Positions 30,159 to 42,803 of a stretch of 64,000 nt of DNA are shown one piece after another. Origin of the DNA: an uncultured delta proteobacterium (GTDB lineage: Bacteria > Desulfobacterota > Desulfobacteria > Desulfobacterales > Desulfosalsimonadaceae); NCBI GenBank assembly GCA_963826785.1, contig CAWGYD010000006.1, forward strand, positions 480,001-544,000. The letters run 5' to 3'. The notes below the pieces were generated by a model. That model saw only the letters and a program-made list of their open reading frames with translations, ran no database searches and was not told the origin of the DNA. How positions within the stretch are numbered: the stretch's first letter is position 1; each line of letters opens with the position of its first letter. A program made the position numbers and the translations under genes.

Positions 30159-31541
30159 TCAAAACTCGATATTTCCCGGGGTCCGGGGGAACGGGATCAC
30201 ATCCCGGATGTTGGTGATTCCGGTGATCAGCATCAAAAACCGCTCAAACCCCATGCCGTAGCCGCTGTGGGGGGCGCTGCCGTAGCGGCGGGAATCGAGA
30301 TACCACCAGTAGTCGTCCGGATTGATCCGGGATTTGCGCATCCGCTCTTTGAGAATCTCCATGCGGTCTTCGCGCTGGCTGCCCCCGATGATCTCGCCGA
30401 TCCGGGGTACGATCACGTCCATTGCGGCCACTGTTTTCCCGTCATCATTGACCCGCATGTAAAAGGGTTTCAAGGACCCGGGGTAATCGTGGATGATCAA
30501 CGGCTGTTTGAAATGCTGCTCCGCCAGAAAACGCTCATGCTCGCTCTGAAGGTCCATGCCGTAGCGGACGGGAAATTCGAATCTGGCCCCACAAGAGGAT
30601 AAAATATCAATGGCCTCGCTGTAGGGAAGCCGGACAAAGGCGGATGCGATGATGTTTTCCAGAACCGACAGCAGTGATTTATCCACGAACCGGGCAAACA
30701 GGTCCAGATCGGACCGGCAGTGATCCAGCGCATAATTGACCAGAAACTTGATGAATGACTCGGCATGTGCCATATCGCCGGCCAGATCGCAGAAGGCCAT
30801 TTCCGGCTCCACCATCCAGAATTCGGCCATGTGCCGGCTGGTGTTTGAATTTTCCGCCCGAAAAGTGGGGCCGAAGGTATACACGTCCCCCAGGGCCATG
30901 GCCAGCAGTTCCGCCTCCAACTGGCCCGAAACCGTCAGGTTCGCCGGTTTTCCGAAAAAGTCCCTTGAAAAATCGGTTTTGCCGCCTATTTTTGATGGGT
31001 TGCCCAGATCCAGGGTGGTGACCTGAAACAGTTCTCCCGCGCCCTCGCAGTCGGAACCGGTGAGGATGGGGGTGTGAATGCAGGTAAATCCCTGATCGTG
31101 AAAAAAGGAATGGATGGCGAAGCTGATCTCCGATCGGATGCGAAAGGCCGCCCCGTATTTGTTGGTCCGGGGGCGCAGATGCCCGATGGTGCGCAGAAAT
31201 TCGTCCGTGTGCCGCTTTTTCTGCAGCGGGTAGCTGTCCGGGGCCAGGCTGTGAATGTGAACGGATTTAGCGGCAATCTCCCATTTCTGGCCGGCCCCCG
31301 GGGATTCGCGCACAACGCCTTCAACATCTACGGCAGACCCCGTGGAGAGCTTCTTGATGTCATCGTAATTGGATATCCCCTCGTCGGCGATCACCTGGAT
31401 ATTGGCCAGGCATGATCCGTCATTGATTTCAATGAAGGAAAAGGTCTTGGAATCCCGACGGGTTCTCACCCAGCCCCGGATGAACACCCGCTCCGGCGGA
31501 TTTTTTGCCTCGATGAGATGGACAATTCTGGTGCGGTCCAT
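30159..31541 (-). CDS. asnS: Asparagine--tRNA ligase
   Basis: GWVRTRR, LTVSGQLE, FGPTFRAENSNTSRHMAEFWMVEPE, GEIIGGSQRE. Confidence 0.97.
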   Translation of the reverse strand: MDRTRIVHLIEAKNPPERVFIRGWVRTRRDSKTFSFIEINDGSCLANIQVIADEGISNYDDIKKLSTGSAVDVEGVVRESPGAGQKWEIAAKSVHIHSLAPDSYPLQKKRHTDEFLRTIGHLRPRTNKYGAAFRIRSEISFAIHSFFHDQGFTCIHTPILTGSDCEGAGELFQVTTLDLGNPSKIGGKTDFSRDFFGKPANLTVSGQLEAELLAMALGDVYTFGPTFRAENSNTSRHMAEFWMVEPEMAFCDLAGDMAHAESFIKFLVNYALDHCRSDLDLFARFVDKSLLSVLENIIASAFVRLPYSEAIDILSSCGARFEFPVRYGMDLQSEHERFLAEQHFKQPLIIHDYPGSLKPFYMRVNDDGKTVAAMDVIVPRIGEIIGGSQREDRMEILKERMRKSRINPDDYWWYLDSRRYGSAPHSGYGMGFERFLMLITGITNIRDVIPFPRTPGNIEF

Positions 31542-31645
31542 ATGTGCGCATATCCTTTCTGTTTAGCCGGCATTTACCCCAAATATAAGCGCGGGCGGCC
31601 GATCCGGCAAACGATGAAACCGGTTGTGAAATCATACGAATAAGC

Positions 31646-31674
31646 TTGACAACATTATTTATTTTGCATATAAA
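31646..31674 (+). promoter_or_regulatory. sigma70 promoter of dsrT-dsrMKJOP
   Basis: TTGACA-17nt-TATAAA. Confidence 0.7.
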
Positions 31675-31741
31675 CTCACTCTTTTAATGGGTGTAAAACT
31701 TCTTTACAAGGTCTTGCCCGGCAGCGTCCAAATCGCCGGGT

Positions 31742-32302
31742 ATGAATCAATTTATAATGAATTTAAAAACCTATCTACAGGAACAACAGCCCGAGCTGGT
31801 AAAGCGCTGGGTTGATGCGGTTTTTTCCGCCTATGCAGGAGAATCGGCCCGGTTTTTCAAAGATACGAAAGACCCGTTCGCCAATCCGGTTGGAAATACA
31901 ATAAAACGGAATTTAAATCAACTCTTCGGTGAACTGATCCAGCCCGAAATGGACCGGGAGGCTGCCCAGTCCGCTCTGGAAGCCATTGTCCGTATCCGGG
32001 CCGTGCAGGACCTGACGCCGGAGCAGGCCCTGTCCTTTATATACAGGATTAAAAATATCATCGGGCAATCTCTGGCCGGGCGCAAGGATGAAGGCGATAT
32101 GCACGCCTATCTATCCGGCATCAATGCCAATGTCGACTCGCTCATGCTCATGGCGGTCAATCTTTACGTGGCGTGCCGGGAAAAAATTTATGCATTGAAA
32201 GCCCGCCAGGCCAAAAACGAGGTGCGCCAGCTGCTGATCAAAAAAGGGCTGATGTGCGAGATTCCGGACAGCGACCCGGAAAAGCCGACGGATTTAAAAT
32301 AA
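31742..32302 (+). CDS. dsrT: DsrT (RsbRD-N-like protein)
   Basis: DPFANPVG, IVRIRAVQD, YVACREKIY; directly upstream of dsrM. Confidence 0.85.
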   Translation: MNQFIMNLKTYLQEQQPELVKRWVDAVFSAYAGESARFFKDTKDPFANPVGNTIKRNLNQLFGELIQPEMDREAAQSALEAIVRIRAVQDLTPEQALSFIYRIKNIIGQSLAGRKDEGDMHAYLSGINANVDSLMLMAVNLYVACREKIYALKARQAKNEVRQLLIKKGLMCEIPDSDPEKPTDLK

Positions 32303-32418
32303 GCAGTAAAAAGCGCGGAGGCTGCTTTTTACGTGAAAATGATCATAGAAGGGTTTTTAAAGCCTTGGATGAATTTAAAATCCCTTCTGCAGAGTGAACG
32401 TAAAATGAGGTGAAGTCA

Positions 32419-33413
32419 ATGAATCTACATTACTTGTTTTCCCTCCTCGCCGTCATCGTTCTCGCGTTATTTGCGTATGTGGGCGTTGAATGGCTGGGGA
32501 TGGCGTGGTTTTTCGGAATTGTCATCCCCTACCTGGCACTGGTTGTCTTTGTGGCCGCTTTCATCAACAAGGTCATCAACTGGGCGAAATCCCCGGTGCC
32601 CTTCCGGATTCCCACCACCAGCGGCCAGCAGCAGTCCCTGGGATGGATCAAGCAGTCGAGGATCGACAACCCCAGCACCACCGGCGGCGTGATTCTGCGC
32701 ATGGCGCTGGAAATCCTGACCTTCCGGTCTTTGTTTAAAAACAGCCGGGTGGAAATCCGGGGGGAAAAACTCTCTTATAAATGGGTGATCTGGCTGTGGC
32801 TGTTTGCCATCATCTTCCATTATTCCTTCCTGGTGGTGGTGCTGCGGCACCTGCGGTTTTTTGTTCAGCCGATCCCGGGGTTTGTCACCGCGCTGGAATC
32901 CGCAGACGGCTTTCTCCAGGTGGGGCTTCCCGGGCTGTTTGTCTCCGGCCTCCTGCTCCTGGCGGGCGCCACCCTGCTGCTTCTCCGGCGGATCACGCTG
33001 CCCCGGCTCAATTACATTTCCCGGGCGGCCGATTACTTCCCCCTGCTGCTGATCATCACCATTGCCCTGACCGGACTGATGATGCGCTATTTCACCAAGG
33101 TGGACGTGGTGAAGATTAAAGAGTTGACCATGGGCCTGGTGACGTTCCACTGGACGGTTCCTGCGGGCATCGGCGGCTTGTTTTTCGTCCATCTGTTCCT
33201 GGTCAGCATCCTGCTGGCGTACATCCCTTTCAGCAAGCTGATGCACATGGGCGGCGTTTTCTTGAGCCCCACCCGGAACCTGGCCAACAACAGCCGGGCG
33301 AAGCGACATGTGAATCCATGGAATTACCCGGTCAAGACCCATACCTACGAAGAGTATGAGGACGATTTCAGGGAAAAAATGATAGAGGCAGACCTGCCTG
33401 TGGAAAAGGAGTA

Positions 33414-33414
<1 letters not shown>
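32419..33414 (+). CDS. dsrM: DsrM, heme b membrane subunit
   Basis: WAKSPVPFRIPTT, FHYSF..RHLRFF, PFSKLMHMGGVFLSPTRNLANNSR. Confidence 0.95.
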
Positions 33415-35033
<1,619 letters not shown>

Positions 35034-35034
<1 letters not shown>

Positions 35035-35420
35035 TGTATGATAAAAACAAGATCATCATCGGATTGATCATCTTTTTTGCAGTGCTCGCGTTCCCGTTCT
35101 GGTACAACCTGGGCGCCGATGTCAAGGCGCCGGAACCGAAGCTTTCTGCAAAAGCCCAACAGGCGAAGACCTGCGTGGCGGACACCGACTATATGCGCAA
35201 GGAGCATATGCAGCTGCTGAATGTATGGCGGACCGAGGTGGTCCGGAATGCCGACCGCGAGTATGTCAATGCGCAAGGCAAGGAATACATGGCCAGCCTT
35301 TCCAATACCTGCATGGACTGCCATGACAACAAGGCCGAATTCTGTGACGAATGTCACAACTACGCTTCGGTCTCGCCGTACTGCTGGGACTGCCATAGAT
35401 ATCCGAAGGAGAAGAAGTGA
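35034..35420 (+). CDS. dsrJ: DsrJ, triheme cytochrome c
   Basis: Three CxxCH (CMDCH, CDECH, CWDCH); MRKEHMQLL. Confidence 0.95.
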
Positions 35421-36222
35421 TGGAAAACAGCAGAAGAAAATTCCTGAAAGTTGCCGGGGTTTCTGTTCTGGGCGTGAGCACGCTCTCGCTTCTGAACGGC
35501 ATCCGGCCGCATAGTGTCATCGCCCAGGTGCAATCCGGGGGGAAACGGCCGAAGGGCTCTACCGCAAGACGCCGGAAGCGCTCATGGCCAACCGATGGGG
35601 GATGGTGGTGGACACCCGCAAGATGTCCCACCGCATCGCCAGGAAAATGACCGACGCCTGCCACCGGATCCACAACGTACCGGACCATACCAATAAAAAG
35701 CACGAGATCAAGTGGATCTGGGAGACCGAATATAACCACGCCTTTCCCAATGACGAAACCGAATATTTGAAAGAGGACCTGGAAAAGGCTTCCATCCCGG
35801 TGTTGTGCAATCATTGCGCCAACCCGCCCTGTGTGCGGGCATGCCCGACCCAGGCCACCTTTCAGCGGACGGACGGTATCGTGATGATGGACTTCCACCG
35901 GTGCATCGGGTGCCGGTTCTGCATCGCGGCCTGCCCCTTCGGCGCCCGGAGTTTCAATTTCGTGGATCCGGTTCCCGACATCAAGAAAATCAACGAAGAT
36001 TTTCCCACCCGGACGATCGGGGTCGTGGAAAAATGCAATTTCTGCGCCGAGCGGCTGGCCATCGGAAAAGAGCCGGCCTGCGTGGAAGCGTCCCAGGGCG
36101 CCCTGGTGTTCGGCGATCTGAATGATCCTGAGTCCGAGATTCGCAAGCTGCTCAAGGAAAATTTCGCCATCCGCCGAAAACCCGATCTGGGCACTAACCC
36201 GTCAGTCTATTATATCGTGTGA
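35420..36222 (+). CDS. dsrO: DsrO, periplasmic ferredoxin-like subunit (one G missing in run 35537-35542)
   Basis: Tat signal SRRKFLK; CNHCANPPCVRACP, CIGCRFCIAACP, EKCNFC. Confidence 0.92.
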
Positions 36223-36229
36223 GGTTGTC

Positions 36230-37387
36230 ATGCTTGAAAAGGCGTTAAAAGGAAGCAAGACTTACTGGATTTGGATATTTGCGCTGCTGTGCGTCATCGG
36301 TGTGGCCGCCGGATTCTACATGAAGCAGCTGCAAATGGGCCTGGGGATCACGGGCATGAGCCGGGATGTCTCCTGGGGATTTTACATCGCCCAGTTCACT
36401 TTCCTGGTCGGGGTGGCCGCATCGGCCGTTATGCTGGTGATTCCCTATTATCTGCACAATTATAAAGCCTTCGGCCGGATCATGCTGCTGGGGGAATTTC
36501 TGGCCGTCTCCGCGGTGATCATGTGCATCCTGTTCATCGTGGCCGACCTGGGCCAGCCCATGCGGCTGCTCAACGTGCTGCTTTATCCTACGCCCCATTC
36601 CATGCTGTTCTGGGACATGATCGTTTTGTCGGGCTACCTGCTGCTCAACATCGTGATCGGCTGGAACGTCCTGGATGCGGAGCGCAACTCGGTGCCGCCC
36701 CCCCAGTGGGTTAAACCGCTGATCTACTTGTCGGTGCCCTGGGCCATCAGTATTCATACCGTGACCGCGTTTCTGTACTGCGGTCTTCCCGGAAGGGGAT
36801 TCTGGCTCACCGCCATTCTGGCCCCCCGGTTTCTGGCCTCCGCCTTTGCCGCCGGTCCGGCCTTTCTGATCCTGCTGGCCTTCATCGTCAGAAGAATGAC
36901 CCATTTCGATCCGGGCAAGGAGCAGATTCAGACCCTGGCCAAGGTCGTCACCTATGGGGCGCTGGCCAACCTGTTTTTCTTTGCCTGCGAGGTGTTCGTG
37001 GCCCTTTACAGCCAGATTCCGGAGCATACCGCCCATCTGCAGTATCTGTTCATGGGCCTGCACGGGCATAACCTCCTGGTTCCCTGGATGTGGCTGGCCA
37101 TGACGCTGATGGTGACGGCGGCCATCATGATGGTGTTTCCTGCGGTGCGGCACAACGAACGCGTACTCGGGGTGGCCTGCGTCATGATTTTTGTGGGCAT
37201 CTGGCTGGACAAAGGGCTGGGGATGATCGCCGGCGGCTTTATTCCAAACCCGCTGCACGAGATCACCGAATATGCGCCGACGGTTCCCGAGGCCATCATC
37301 ACGGTGGGGATCTACGCCACCGGTCTGCTGGTCCTGACCTTCCTGTACAAGATCATCGTCAGCGTGAAAGAAGAACAGGCGGGATAA
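36230..37387 (+). CDS. dsrP: DsrP, NrfD-family membrane subunit
   Basis: GMSRDVSWGFYIAQFTFLVGVAASAV, SIHTVTAFL, APRFLASAFAAGPA. Confidence 0.95.
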   Translation: MLEKALKGSKTYWIWIFALLCVIGVAAGFYMKQLQMGLGITGMSRDVSWGFYIAQFTFLVGVAASAVMLVIPYYLHNYKAFGRIMLLGEFLAVSAVIMCILFIVADLGQPMRLLNVLLYPTPHSMLFWDMIVLSGYLLLNIVIGWNVLDAERNSVPPPQWVKPLIYLSVPWAISIHTVTAFLYCGLPGRGFWLTAILAPRFLASAFAAGPAFLILLAFIVRRMTHFDPGKEQIQTLAKVVTYGALANLFFFACEVFVALYSQIPEHTAHLQYLFMGLHGHNLLVPWMWLAMTLMVTAAIMMVFPAVRHNERVLGVACVMIFVGIWLDKGLGMIAGGFIPNPLHEITEYAPTVPEAIITVGIYATGLLVLTFLYKIIVSVKEEQAG

Positions 37388-37421
37388 GTTTTTCCGCATC
37401 TGTTTGCATTGAAATATGGAC

Positions 37422-37455
37422 GGGGGCATTCGAACCGGAATGCCCCCTCTTTTTT
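37422..37455 (+). terminator. Rho-independent terminator after dsrP
   Basis: gggggcattc-gaaccg-gaatgccccc then tcttttt. Confidence 0.75.
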
Positions 37456-37571
37456 AGCGGAAGCGGGTCACCGTCCCCGGCCGAAACCGGCTTGCCGATT
37501 GAACCGGTTTCCGGCGGTGTTTAAGCTGTTACATGACCACCGCGTCTGAATTTGTCAGAAGCTTTTTTCTA

Positions 37572-37599
37572 TTGACAATTTCATCGATTTTAATATACT
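37572..37599 (+). promoter_or_regulatory. sigma70 promoter of rplU-rpmA
   Basis: TTGACA-16nt-TATACT. Confidence 0.65.
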
Positions 37600-37644
37600 T
37601 TTTGGGTTTATTGAAAAGTGATCGACCAAATGGAGGGTGAACAC

Positions 37645-37959
37645 ATGTATGCTGTAGTCGCAACAGGCGGAAAACAATATAAGGTATCCGAAGGCGACGT
37701 GCTGCGGATCGAGAAGATCGACGGAATCGTCGGTGATGCGGTGACCTTTGACCGTGTCCTGATGATTGCCGACGGTGATCAGCTCACGCTTGGGCAGCCG
37801 GTGGTGGAAAACGCCGCGGTAAATGCACAGATCGTGGAACAGGACAAAAGCAAGAAGATCCTGGTGTTCAAGTACAAACGCCGCAAGCGGTACCGCCGGA
37901 AACAGGGGCATCGCCAGCCCTATACCGCGGTAAAGATCGACGGTATTGTGAACGCATAA
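37645..37959 (+). CDS. rplU: 50S ribosomal protein L21
   Basis: MYAVVATGGKQYKV..GHRQPYT. Confidence 0.97.
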   Translation: MYAVVATGGKQYKVSEGDVLRIEKIDGIVGDAVTFDRVLMIADGDQLTLGQPVVENAAVNAQIVEQDKSKKILVFKYKRRKRYRRKQGHRQPYTAVKIDGIVNA

Positions 37960-38050
37960 TTGACCGTTCTCAATTGGTAATTGATCATTGGGAATGATCG
38001 AGTAACCGTTAAACAGCAAAAAATTTGTCTCAATATAAGGAGCACAGACC

Positions 38051-38305
38051 ATGGCACACAAGAAAGCCGGGGGCAGTTCAAAGAACGGCCGGGACAGCAA
38101 TGCCCAGCGCCGGGGCGTCAAGCGCTACGGCGGAGAAAATGTGAAAGCCGGAAACATTCTGGTACGCCAGGTGGGGACGCGGATTCATCCGGGCGTAAAC
38201 GTCGGCATGGGAAAGGATTTCACCCTTTTTGCCACCATAGACGGGGTGGTTTCCTATGAGCGCTACGGCCGCACCAAGAAAAAAGTCAGTGTATATGCCG
38301 CGTGA
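38051..38305 (+). CDS. rpmA: 50S ribosomal protein L27
   Basis: [16 protein letters not shown]. Confidence 0.98.
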   Translation: MAHKKAGGSSKNGRDSNAQRRGVKRYGGENVKAGNILVRQVGTRIHPGVNVGMGKDFTLFATIDGVVSYERYGRTKKKVSVYAA

Positions 38306-39311
38306 AATTCATTGATGAAGCGATCATTACCGTCAGTTCAGGTGACGGCGGGCGGGGATGCGTCAGCTTCAGACGTGAAAAATACATCCCCCGCGGTGGA
38401 CCCGACGGCGGCGACGGCGGTCGCGGCGGCGACATCATCTTCAGGACCACTTCCCGGAAACGCACCCTAAATCAGTTCAGAAACAAAAAGCTCTTCAAGG
38501 CCGAAAACGGCGGGCATGGGCAGGGCCGCCAGAGGACCGGAAAAAGCGGAGAAGATCTGATCATCGATGTTCCGCTGGGCACTCTCATTCGAAACGCGGA
38601 AACCGATGAAGTGATCCGGGACTGTGTGACGGACGGAGAAATGTTTACCGTTGCCACCGGCGGCATCGGCGGCAAGGGGAACAAGCATTTCACCTCCTCC
38701 ACACATCGCGCCCCCAGATTCGCCCAGCCGGGCATGCCCGGCGAAACCTTCGTACTGGCCCTCGATTTAAAGCTCATTGCAGATGTAGGGATCATCGGCC
38801 TTCCCAATGCCGGCAAATCCACGCTGATCAGCCGGATTTCCTCCGCCCGCCCCAAAATCGCAGATTATCCTTTCACCACGCTAAACCCCGTTCTCGGGGT
38901 GGTTTCCCCGGGCTTCGGAGAGCCGTTCGTGGTGGCCGATATTCCCGGTTTGATTGAAGGCGCACACCTGGGCGCGGGACTGGGGACCAAGTTCCTGCGG
39001 CATATCGAAAGAACCCGTATCCTGCTTCATGTGATCGACGCCTCCGCCATCGACCCCGAAGACCCGCTGTCCTCTTACCGGGCCATCAATGCCGAACTGG
39101 CCGGGTTTTCCCCCTCGCTGCTGGAAAAGCGCCAGATCCTGGTGTTAAACAAGCTCGACGTGCCGGATGCCTCCTCCCGGGCCGATCTGTTTGAACAGCA
39201 ATGTAAATCGCCGGCGTTTCGGATCTCCGCCTGGACCGGGGACGGCATCGATCAACTGGTGGAAAAATTTACCAGATCATCTCGGATACCGGAAACTCCC
39301 ATGAGCATTGA
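38302..39311 (+). CDS. obgE: GTPase ObgE (fused to proB in this assembly; one extra A in run 39263-39267 would restore a stop at 39309-39311)
   Basis: [37 protein letters not shown]. Confidence 0.93.
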
Positions 39312-40443
39312 TCGCAAGGCGTATTTCGCCGGTATGCGGCGGGTGGTCATCAAGGTGGGCAGCGGCGTGCTCACTGCGGCAGACGGCCTGAACCTGTCCG
39401 TCATCGGGGCGCTGTCTTCCCAGATCAGCTCGCTCATGGAAAAGGGCCTGGAAATCCTGCTGGTCTCCTCCGGGGCCATGGCCTCAGGGCAGAAGAAGAT
39501 CGGCCTGGCCAAACGGCCCGATGAGATTCCCAAACGCCAGGCCGTTGCCGCGGTCGGACAGGCCGGCCTGATCCTGGAATACGAATTGGCGTTTGCCGGA
39601 TACAACCGGAAAGTCGCCCAGATCCTGTTGACCAGCGAGGACCTGGCCGGCAGCCGCCGCCGGTACTTGAATGCCCGCAATACCCTGCATACCCTGCTGT
39701 CCTGGAAGGTGGTGCCGGTCATCAACGAAAATGACACGGTGGTGGTGGAGGAAATCAAGTTCGGGGACAACGACAACCTGTCCGCCATGATCACCCTGCT
39801 CATGGATGCACAGCTGCTGATCAATCTGACCGACATTGACGGCCTTTACACCAAAGATCCCCGTCAGCACACGGATGCCGAGCGTATCGAGGAGATCGGC
39901 GATATCAGCAAAAGCATCGAAAAATACGCCAGCGACATCCCCGGCGCTTTAGGGACCGGCGGGATGCTCAGCAAGGTGAGGGCGGCCCGGAAAGTGACCA
40001 GCGCCGGCATTCCCATGATCATTGCCAACGGAAAAGACCTGCACATCCTGGAAAAACTCTTCGCCGGGGAGCAGATCGGGACGCTGTTTAAACCGGCCAA
40101 GGAAAAAATGTCCAACCGGAAATGCTGGATCGGGTTTACCTTGAAACCCAAAGGGACCATCCGCATCGACGCGGGCGCCGCGCGCGCCATCGTGGAAAAG
40201 GGCAAGAGCCTGCTTTCCGGCGGCATCCAGGAAGTGGCCGGGGAATTCGGGGTCGGCGCGCCGGTGGAACTCACCGACGGGACCGACGCCCGCCTGGGCG
40301 TGGGGCTGGTGAACTACAGCGCGACCGACATCCGGAAAATCATGGGGCTGCACACCAGCCGGATCGCCGAAAAGCTGGGGTACAAGCCCTATGATGAAGT
40401 CATCCACCGGGACAATTTGACCGTCTTTAACCAGTGTCTATGA
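39301..40443 (+). CDS. proB: Glutamate 5-kinase with PUA domain
   Basis: [39 protein letters not shown]. Confidence 0.95.
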   Translation: MSIDRKAYFAGMRRVVIKVGSGVLTAADGLNLSVIGALSSQISSLMEKGLEILLVSSGAMASGQKKIGLAKRPDEIPKRQAVAAVGQAGLILEYELAFAGYNRKVAQILLTSEDLAGSRRRYLNARNTLHTLLSWKVVPVINENDTVVVEEIKFGDNDNLSAMITLLMDAQLLINLTDIDGLYTKDPRQHTDAERIEEIGDISKSIEKYASDIPGALGTGGMLSKVRAARKVTSAGIPMIIANGKDLHILEKLFAGEQIGTLFKPAKEKMSNRKCWIGFTLKPKGTIRIDAGAARAIVEKGKSLLSGGIQEVAGEFGVGAPVELTDGTDARLGVGLVNYSATDIRKIMGLHTSRIAEKLGYKPYDEVIHRDNLTVFNQCL

Positions 40444-40462
40444 TGTAGAAGGAGAAACCCGC

Positions 40463-41719
40463 ATGAGCATCGAATCCACCATTGTTGACATCGCCAAATC
40501 CGCCCGGGCGGTTTGCAGCCCGATGGCCCGGTGCGAGTCGGAAAAAAAGAATGCGGCGCTGCACAATATTGCCGCTCAGCTTCTGCTCGATGCCGCTTTA
40601 ATCAAGGCGGAGAATGAAAAAGACCTGGACCTGGCCGGAAAAAACGGCCTATCCGATGCCATGATCGACCGGCTGCGGGTGACCGACCAGACCATCACCG
40701 ACATGTCCAATGGCGTCCTTGAAATCGCCGCTCAGGAAGATCCCGTCGGCACCCGGGAAGGCTCCCGGATCCGGCCCAACGGCCTGGAAGTCTCCCGCAT
40801 GCGCATTCCGCTGGGGGTGATCGGCATCATCTACGAATCGAGGCCCAATGTCACCATCGATGCGGCCGCCCTGTGCCTCAAAGCCGGCAATGCCGTGATC
40901 CTGCGCGGGGGCTCCGAAGCCTTCAATTCCAACCAGGCCCTGGCGGCCGTGATTTCAACGGCCCTGAAACAATCCGGACTGCCGGAAAAAGCGGTCCAGA
41001 TCGTGCCGGTCCGGGACCGTGAAGCCGTGCATGTGCTGTTGAAGCAGGAGGAATATGTCGATCTCATCATTCCCCGGGGCGGCGAAGGGCTGATCCGGTT
41101 CGTGGTGGAAAATTCCAAGATCCCGGTGCTCAAACATTACAAAGGGGTGTGCCACGTGTTCGTGGATGCTTCGGCGGATCTGGCCATGGCCGAAGCGATC
41201 TGCTTTAATTCCAAGGTCCAGCGGCCGGGGGTCTGCAATGCCATGGAAACCCTGCTGGTCCATGCCGGGACGGCAGCGGCGTTTCTGCCGAATATGGCCC
41301 GGCGGTTTTTTGCCGCCGGCGTGGAGATCCGGGGGTGCGAAAAGACGCGCAGCCTGGTTCCCGAGGCCAAAGCCGCCACCGAGGAAGACTGGCATGCCGA
41401 ATACCTGGACCTGACCCTGGCGGTAAAGGTGGTCGATTCCATGGAAGCGGCCATCGCCCACATGGAAACCTACGGCTCCAAGCACACCGAGGCCATTGTC
41501 ACCACCGACTACGAGCGCTCTCGACGATTCCTGCGCGAGGTGGATTCTTCGGTGGTGCTGGTCAACGCCTCTACCCGGTTCAATGACGGCGGGCAGCTGG
41601 GGCTGGGGGCGGAAATGGGGATCAGCACTTCCAAGCTCCACGCATTCGGCCCCATGGGGGTCAAGGAGTTGACCACCACCAAGTTCGTCGTGTGCGGAAA
41701 CGGCCAGATCCGGACATGA
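40463..41719 (+). CDS. proA: Gamma-glutamyl phosphate reductase
   Basis: [49 protein letters not shown]. Confidence 0.96.
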   Translation: MSIESTIVDIAKSARAVCSPMARCESEKKNAALHNIAAQLLLDAALIKAENEKDLDLAGKNGLSDAMIDRLRVTDQTITDMSNGVLEIAAQEDPVGTREGSRIRPNGLEVSRMRIPLGVIGIIYESRPNVTIDAAALCLKAGNAVILRGGSEAFNSNQALAAVISTALKQSGLPEKAVQIVPVRDREAVHVLLKQEEYVDLIIPRGGEGLIRFVVENSKIPVLKHYKGVCHVFVDASADLAMAEAICFNSKVQRPGVCNAMETLLVHAGTAAAFLPNMARRFFAAGVEIRGCEKTRSLVPEAKAATEEDWHAEYLDLTLAVKVVDSMEAAIAHMETYGSKHTEAIVTTDYERSRRFLREVDSSVVLVNASTRFNDGGQLGLGAEMGISTSKLHAFGPMGVKELTTTKFVVCGNGQIRT

Positions 41720-41741
41720 CATTAAACGCGCAGGAGTCTGA

Positions 41742-42425
41742 TTGAAAGCGACAGCGCTTTTCGGCGGAACATTCAACCCGATTCACCTGGGCCACCTGCG
41801 GGTGGCGGAGGAAGTCCGGGCGGGATTCGCCCTGGACGAAATCCGGTTTATCCCGTCGGCCCTGCCCCCCCACAAGCAAACCGGTGATCTGGCCGATGCG
41901 CAGGACCGGTACCACATGATGACGGCGGCCACGGCCGGCAATCCGGGTTTTGTCGTCTCCGACATCGAGATTGAGCGAAAAGGCCGATCCTACACCATCG
42001 ATACCGTGCGCCACGTGAAGGGCCTTTTTCCCCCATCCGTCACCGCTTATCTCATCGTCGGCATCGACGCCTTTCTGGAAATCGAAACCTGGAAGGATTA
42101 CGCGGAACTGTTTGATCTGATCGCCTTCATCGTGATCTCCCGCGGGGCCCATGGCGGCGCCTTGTCCGACCGGCGGGAAGAACTTGCCGACTATATCCAT
42201 GCCCACGTGGACGGCAAATACCGGTTTTGTGTCGACGGCAGCCGATTCGTCCATGCCCGCAGGCAGCCGATCTGTCTTTTCGATGTCACCGCCCTGGCCA
42301 TTTCATCCACTTCCATCCGGAATCTGGTCCGCAAAGGGGCCTCCATCAAGTACCTGGTCCCGGATCCGGTGGAAACCTATATTTATGAAAAAGGACTCTA
42401 TGCCCATGACTCACGACGACCTTGA
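41742..42425 (+). CDS. nadD: Nicotinate-nucleotide adenylyltransferase
   Basis: FGGTFNPIHLGHL, SYTIDTV, ISSTSIR. Confidence 0.93.
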   Translation: MKATALFGGTFNPIHLGHLRVAEEVRAGFALDEIRFIPSALPPHKQTGDLADAQDRYHMMTAATAGNPGFVVSDIEIERKGRSYTIDTVRHVKGLFPPSVTAYLIVGIDAFLEIETWKDYAELFDLIAFIVISRGAHGGALSDRREELADYIHAHVDGKYRFCVDGSRFVHARRQPICLFDVTALAISSTSIRNLVRKGASIKYLVPDPVETYIYEKGLYAHDSRRP

Positions 42426-42803
42426 TCCTTCCCTGGGTCTTTTCATCAGGGCCGCCAGCGGAAGAAAAGCGTCCGACCTGGTGGCGCTGGATGTTTCAAC
42501 CCTCTCCTCCCTTGCGGATGTGTTTATCATCTGCAGCGGCAATTCCAACCGGCAGGTATCGGCCATCGGGGAATACATCCGGACCGAATTGAAAAAGGAC
42601 GGCATTCGGCCCATCAGCGTGGAGGGCCTGCAGGATGGGCAATGGGTGCTGCTCGACTACGGGTATGTCGTGATCCATGTTTTCTATGAACCGGTGCGGT
42701 ATTTCTACGACCTGGAAGGCCTGTGGCGCGATGCGCCCCGTATTTCCGTGGATGCCTATATCGAATCTGCGCCGGAAGCCGACAAAGGGGCGCCGGTGCC
42801 TGA
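42400..42803 (+). CDS. rsfS: Ribosome silencing factor RsfS (fused to gpmI in this assembly; one extra G in run 42787-42790 would restore TGA 42801-42803)
   Basis: ADVFIICSGNSNRQV, WVLLDYG.VVIHVF..RYFYDLEGLW. Confidence 0.88.

Noticed and set aside
32331..32348. Rex box between dsrT and dsrM (ACGTGAA-AATG-ATCATAG)
   Set aside because: Only about 9 of 14 consensus positions match; too weak to call.
37958..38002. Hairpin or heptamer-like tract between rplU and rpmA as an ncRNA
   Set aside because: Short, G-U-rich and low in complexity; cannot be supported without covariation data.
38302..40443. 713-aa ObgE-ProB fusion
   Set aside because: Adding one A to the run at 39263-39267 gives a natural ObgE end ([16 protein letters not shown]) overlapping proB's ATG. 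With indels common in this window, an artifact is more likely.
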